From: Candidatus Hodarchaeum mangrovi
Lineage (GTDB): Archaea; Asgardarchaeota; Heimdallarchaeia; Hodarchaeales; Hodarchaeaceae
Reading direction: 5' to 3'
Assembly: GCA_016839515.1 (NCBI GenBank)
Contig: JAEOUE010000222.1
Coordinates: 1 to 15,215, forward strand
DNA: 15,215 nt
The position numbers and the translations under genes are program-made. Positions 13,480 to 15,215 of this stretch are shown here, in pieces (the stretch's first letter is position 1; the number at the start of each line of letters is the position of its first letter). Below the pieces are notes generated by a model. That model had not been told where the DNA came from. It did no database searches and worked only from the letters and a program-made list of their open reading frames with translations.

Positions 13480-15215
13480 TTGAGCTCGGATGAAATATTC
13501 GATCTTATAATTGTAGGGGGTGGACCTGCTGGATTATCATGTGCAATTCGTGCTGCTGAAATGGGGTTATATGTAATTGTACTAGAGGCCCGTTCTGGCG
13601 CAGCTACAGCTGGAACCATGCATGTGGATGGATATCCAGGATTCTATAGTATAACTCGTCAAGAACTTTTAGATAAAATAGCAAAACAAGCCAAATATCA
13701 GGCTAAAATCAAATATTCTCAGAGAGTAAGTAAATTAGAACTTAAAGATCCTATTAAACGTGTTCATACTCGTATTACCCGAGGTGAATTTTTTACAGAA
13801 GAACTGAAATATCAAGGAAGGACAGTTCTTATTGCTACAGGACTTTATCCAAGTGCTCTTGGCGTTGCAGGTGAAAAAAAGTTTATAGATAAAGGGATTT
13901 ACTACGCTATCCCTCCTGGTGATTTTTATGAAAAAACTGTTGTTATTATTGGTCATACTTCGTGGGCAGTAAGGAATGCACTTCATTTCGATGCTATGGG
14001 TGCATATGTATATCTCATTACTAGCCGAGACTCTCTAGATGCGCATCCTGCCCTTTTACGTCGATTAAATGAAAGTTTTGTTACTATTAGATATTCTGTT
14101 GAAACACAATATTTTGAGGGATCAAACCAATTAAAGAAAATATTCTTTACAGATAAAGAAGGAAAAACACATTCAATTTCTACAAATTACGTTATTGTTT
14201 TAAGAAGTGTAAATAGAAATCGAGATCTATTTCTTGACGCTGGATTAAACACAACACCTCAAGGATTACTTATTATTGGGTATGATGGTAATTCCCAAGT
14301 AACTAATATTCCTGGGGTTTTTGCAGCTGGTAGTGCTACAAGAGGTGATTCTATTGTTGGAGTTGATGCGGCTGAAGGGCAACAAGCTGCTATGGAAATT
14401 TCTAAATATTTAACTGATATGGGAAAAGACTCCACAGAGGTCATTGAAACCAAAAAAGCAATTGAACTCGAAAAACGATTTTTAGAAGGTAGGAGTGAGA
14501 TTATTGAAAAAGAAATGCTATCTCCTGAGATAGTTAAGTGGATTGTAAAGGCACCTCTTATTGCTAAGAAAGCAGAGCCAGGACAATTCGTTATCCTTCG
14601 CGTTACAGGGCAAGGAGAACGTATTCCTCTAACAATTGCTGATTTTGATAGAACAACAGGGACCATAACTCTGATATTTCAAATTGTAGGGAAAAGTACG
14701 AAAGAGATGGCTTTACTGAAGAAAGGAGATCATATTCTGAATCTTTTAGGACCTTTAGGTAAACCAGTGGAAATAGATAAGTGGGGAACAGTGGCTGTAT
14801 TGGGTGGCGGATGTGGGGTTGCCCCTGTATTACCTAAAACCAAGGCATTAAAAGATTTAGGTAATTATATTATCAGCATAATCTCTGCTCGGTCAAAAAA
14901 TTTGCTAATTTGTCAAGCTGAAATGGAGGGACCAAGTGATGAGCTCTATATTGCGACTGATGATGGAACTTTAGGTCATCATGGATTTGGAATAGAAGTT
15001 TTAAAGAAATTAATTGAAGAAGGAAGAAAAATTGATCATGTAGTTGCAGTAGGGCCTATTCCCATGATGAGAGCAATTGTTAATCTAGCCAAAGAACATT
15101 CAATACCTACAACAGTAAGTTTAGCTCCTCTTATGGTTGATGGTACTGGTATGTGTGGATCATGTCGAGTTACGGTTGCAGGAGAGGTTAAATTCGCGTG
15201 TGTCGATGGGCCAAA
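13480..15215 (+). CDS. Fusion of a thioredoxin-reductase-like FAD domain (no CxxC) with an NfnA/SudB-type domain; 3' end outside the window
   Basis: Manual translation from TTG 13480 (GGAG at 13467-13470; in-frame TAG at 13456) has no stop up to the edge: MSSDEIFDLIIVGGGPAGLSCAIRAA...VDGYPGF...VLIATG...GEKKFIDKGIYYAIPPGD...TNIPGVFAAGS...AAEGQQAAMEISKYL, then a linker, then EPGQFVIL...ERIPLTIAD...LGPLGKP...GGGCGVAP...VGPIPMM...MVDGTGMCGSCRV...FACVDGP. Confidence 0.9.
   Translation, partial: MSSDEIFDLIIVGGGPAGLSCAIRAAEMGLYVIVLEARSGAATAGTMHVDGYPGFYSITRQELLDKIAKQAKYQAKIKYSQRVSKLELKDPIKRVHTRITRGEFFTEELKYQGRTVLIATGLYPSALGVAGEKKFIDKGIYYAIPPGDFYEKTVVIIGHTSWAVRNALHFDAMGAYVYLITSRDSLDAHPALLRRLNESFVTIRYSVETQYFEGSNQLKKIFFTDKEGKTHSISTNYVIVLRSVNRNRDLFLDAGLNTTPQGLLIIGYDGNSQVTNIPGVFAAGSATRGDSIVGVDAAEGQQAAMEISKYLTDMGKDSTEVIETKKAIELEKRFLEGRSEIIEKEMLSPEIVKWIVKAPLIAKKAEPGQFVILRVTGQGERIPLTIADFDRTTGTITLIFQIVGKSTKEMALLKKGDHILNLLGPLGKPVEIDKWGTVAVLGGGCGVAPVLPKTKALKDLGNYIISIISARSKNLLICQAEMEGPSDELYIATDDGTLGHHGFGIEVLKKLIEEGRKIDHVVAVGPIPMMRAIVNLAKEHSIPTTVSLAPLMVDGTGMCGSCRVTVAGEVKFACVDGP

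Noticed and set aside
13480-14415. Functional NADPH-dependent thioredoxin reductase (trxB)
   Set aside because: The CxxC and NADPH-binding motifs are absent, and the domain is fused in frame to NfnA.
2210-14666. Other short ORF-track entries (2210-2398, 2822-3046, 4636-4902, 4926-5189, 5226-5525, 6972-7154, 7661-7921, 9844-10035, 9911-10108, 10751-11023, 11185-11616, 11946-12134, 13735-13986, 14259-14666)
   Set aside because: They overlap well-supported genes in another frame or on the opposite strand and show no protein motifs.
15205-15215. NfnA motif ends DGP-AA (K/N) instead of canonical DGPEF
   Set aside because: These are the last two bases of the window and form an incomplete codon, so it may be an edge artefact.

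Overview
AT-rich archaeal window, most consistent with an Asgard archaeon (inference from a Rag/Gtr-type GTPase, longin/uDENN-like proteins and an archaeal-type TrpRS). Left to right it holds: the 5' part of trpS (-, runs off the window, absent from the ORF track); an MFS transporter (-); a Rag-like small GTPase with a roadblock-like C-terminus (+); a five-gene + operon encoding a HydCBA/Bfu-type electron-bifurcating core whose A subunit lacks any catalytic site, followed by NfnA and NfnB; a convergent - cluster of a CBS-pair protein and two paralogous longin/uDENN-like proteins; and a 3'-truncated fusion of a Cys-less thioredoxin-reductase-like domain with a second NfnA (+, absent from the ORF track). 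The main observation is that NfnB carries a ~95-aa C-terminal beta-rich (Ig/CARDB-like) domain that also ends both longin-like neighbours, with a 39-residue ungapped motif shared by all three. This suggests, as a hypothesis only, a module linking electron-bifurcating redox metabolism to Rag-GTPase/GATOR1-FLCN-like signalling. No RNA genes, CRISPR arrays or mobile elements were recognised.
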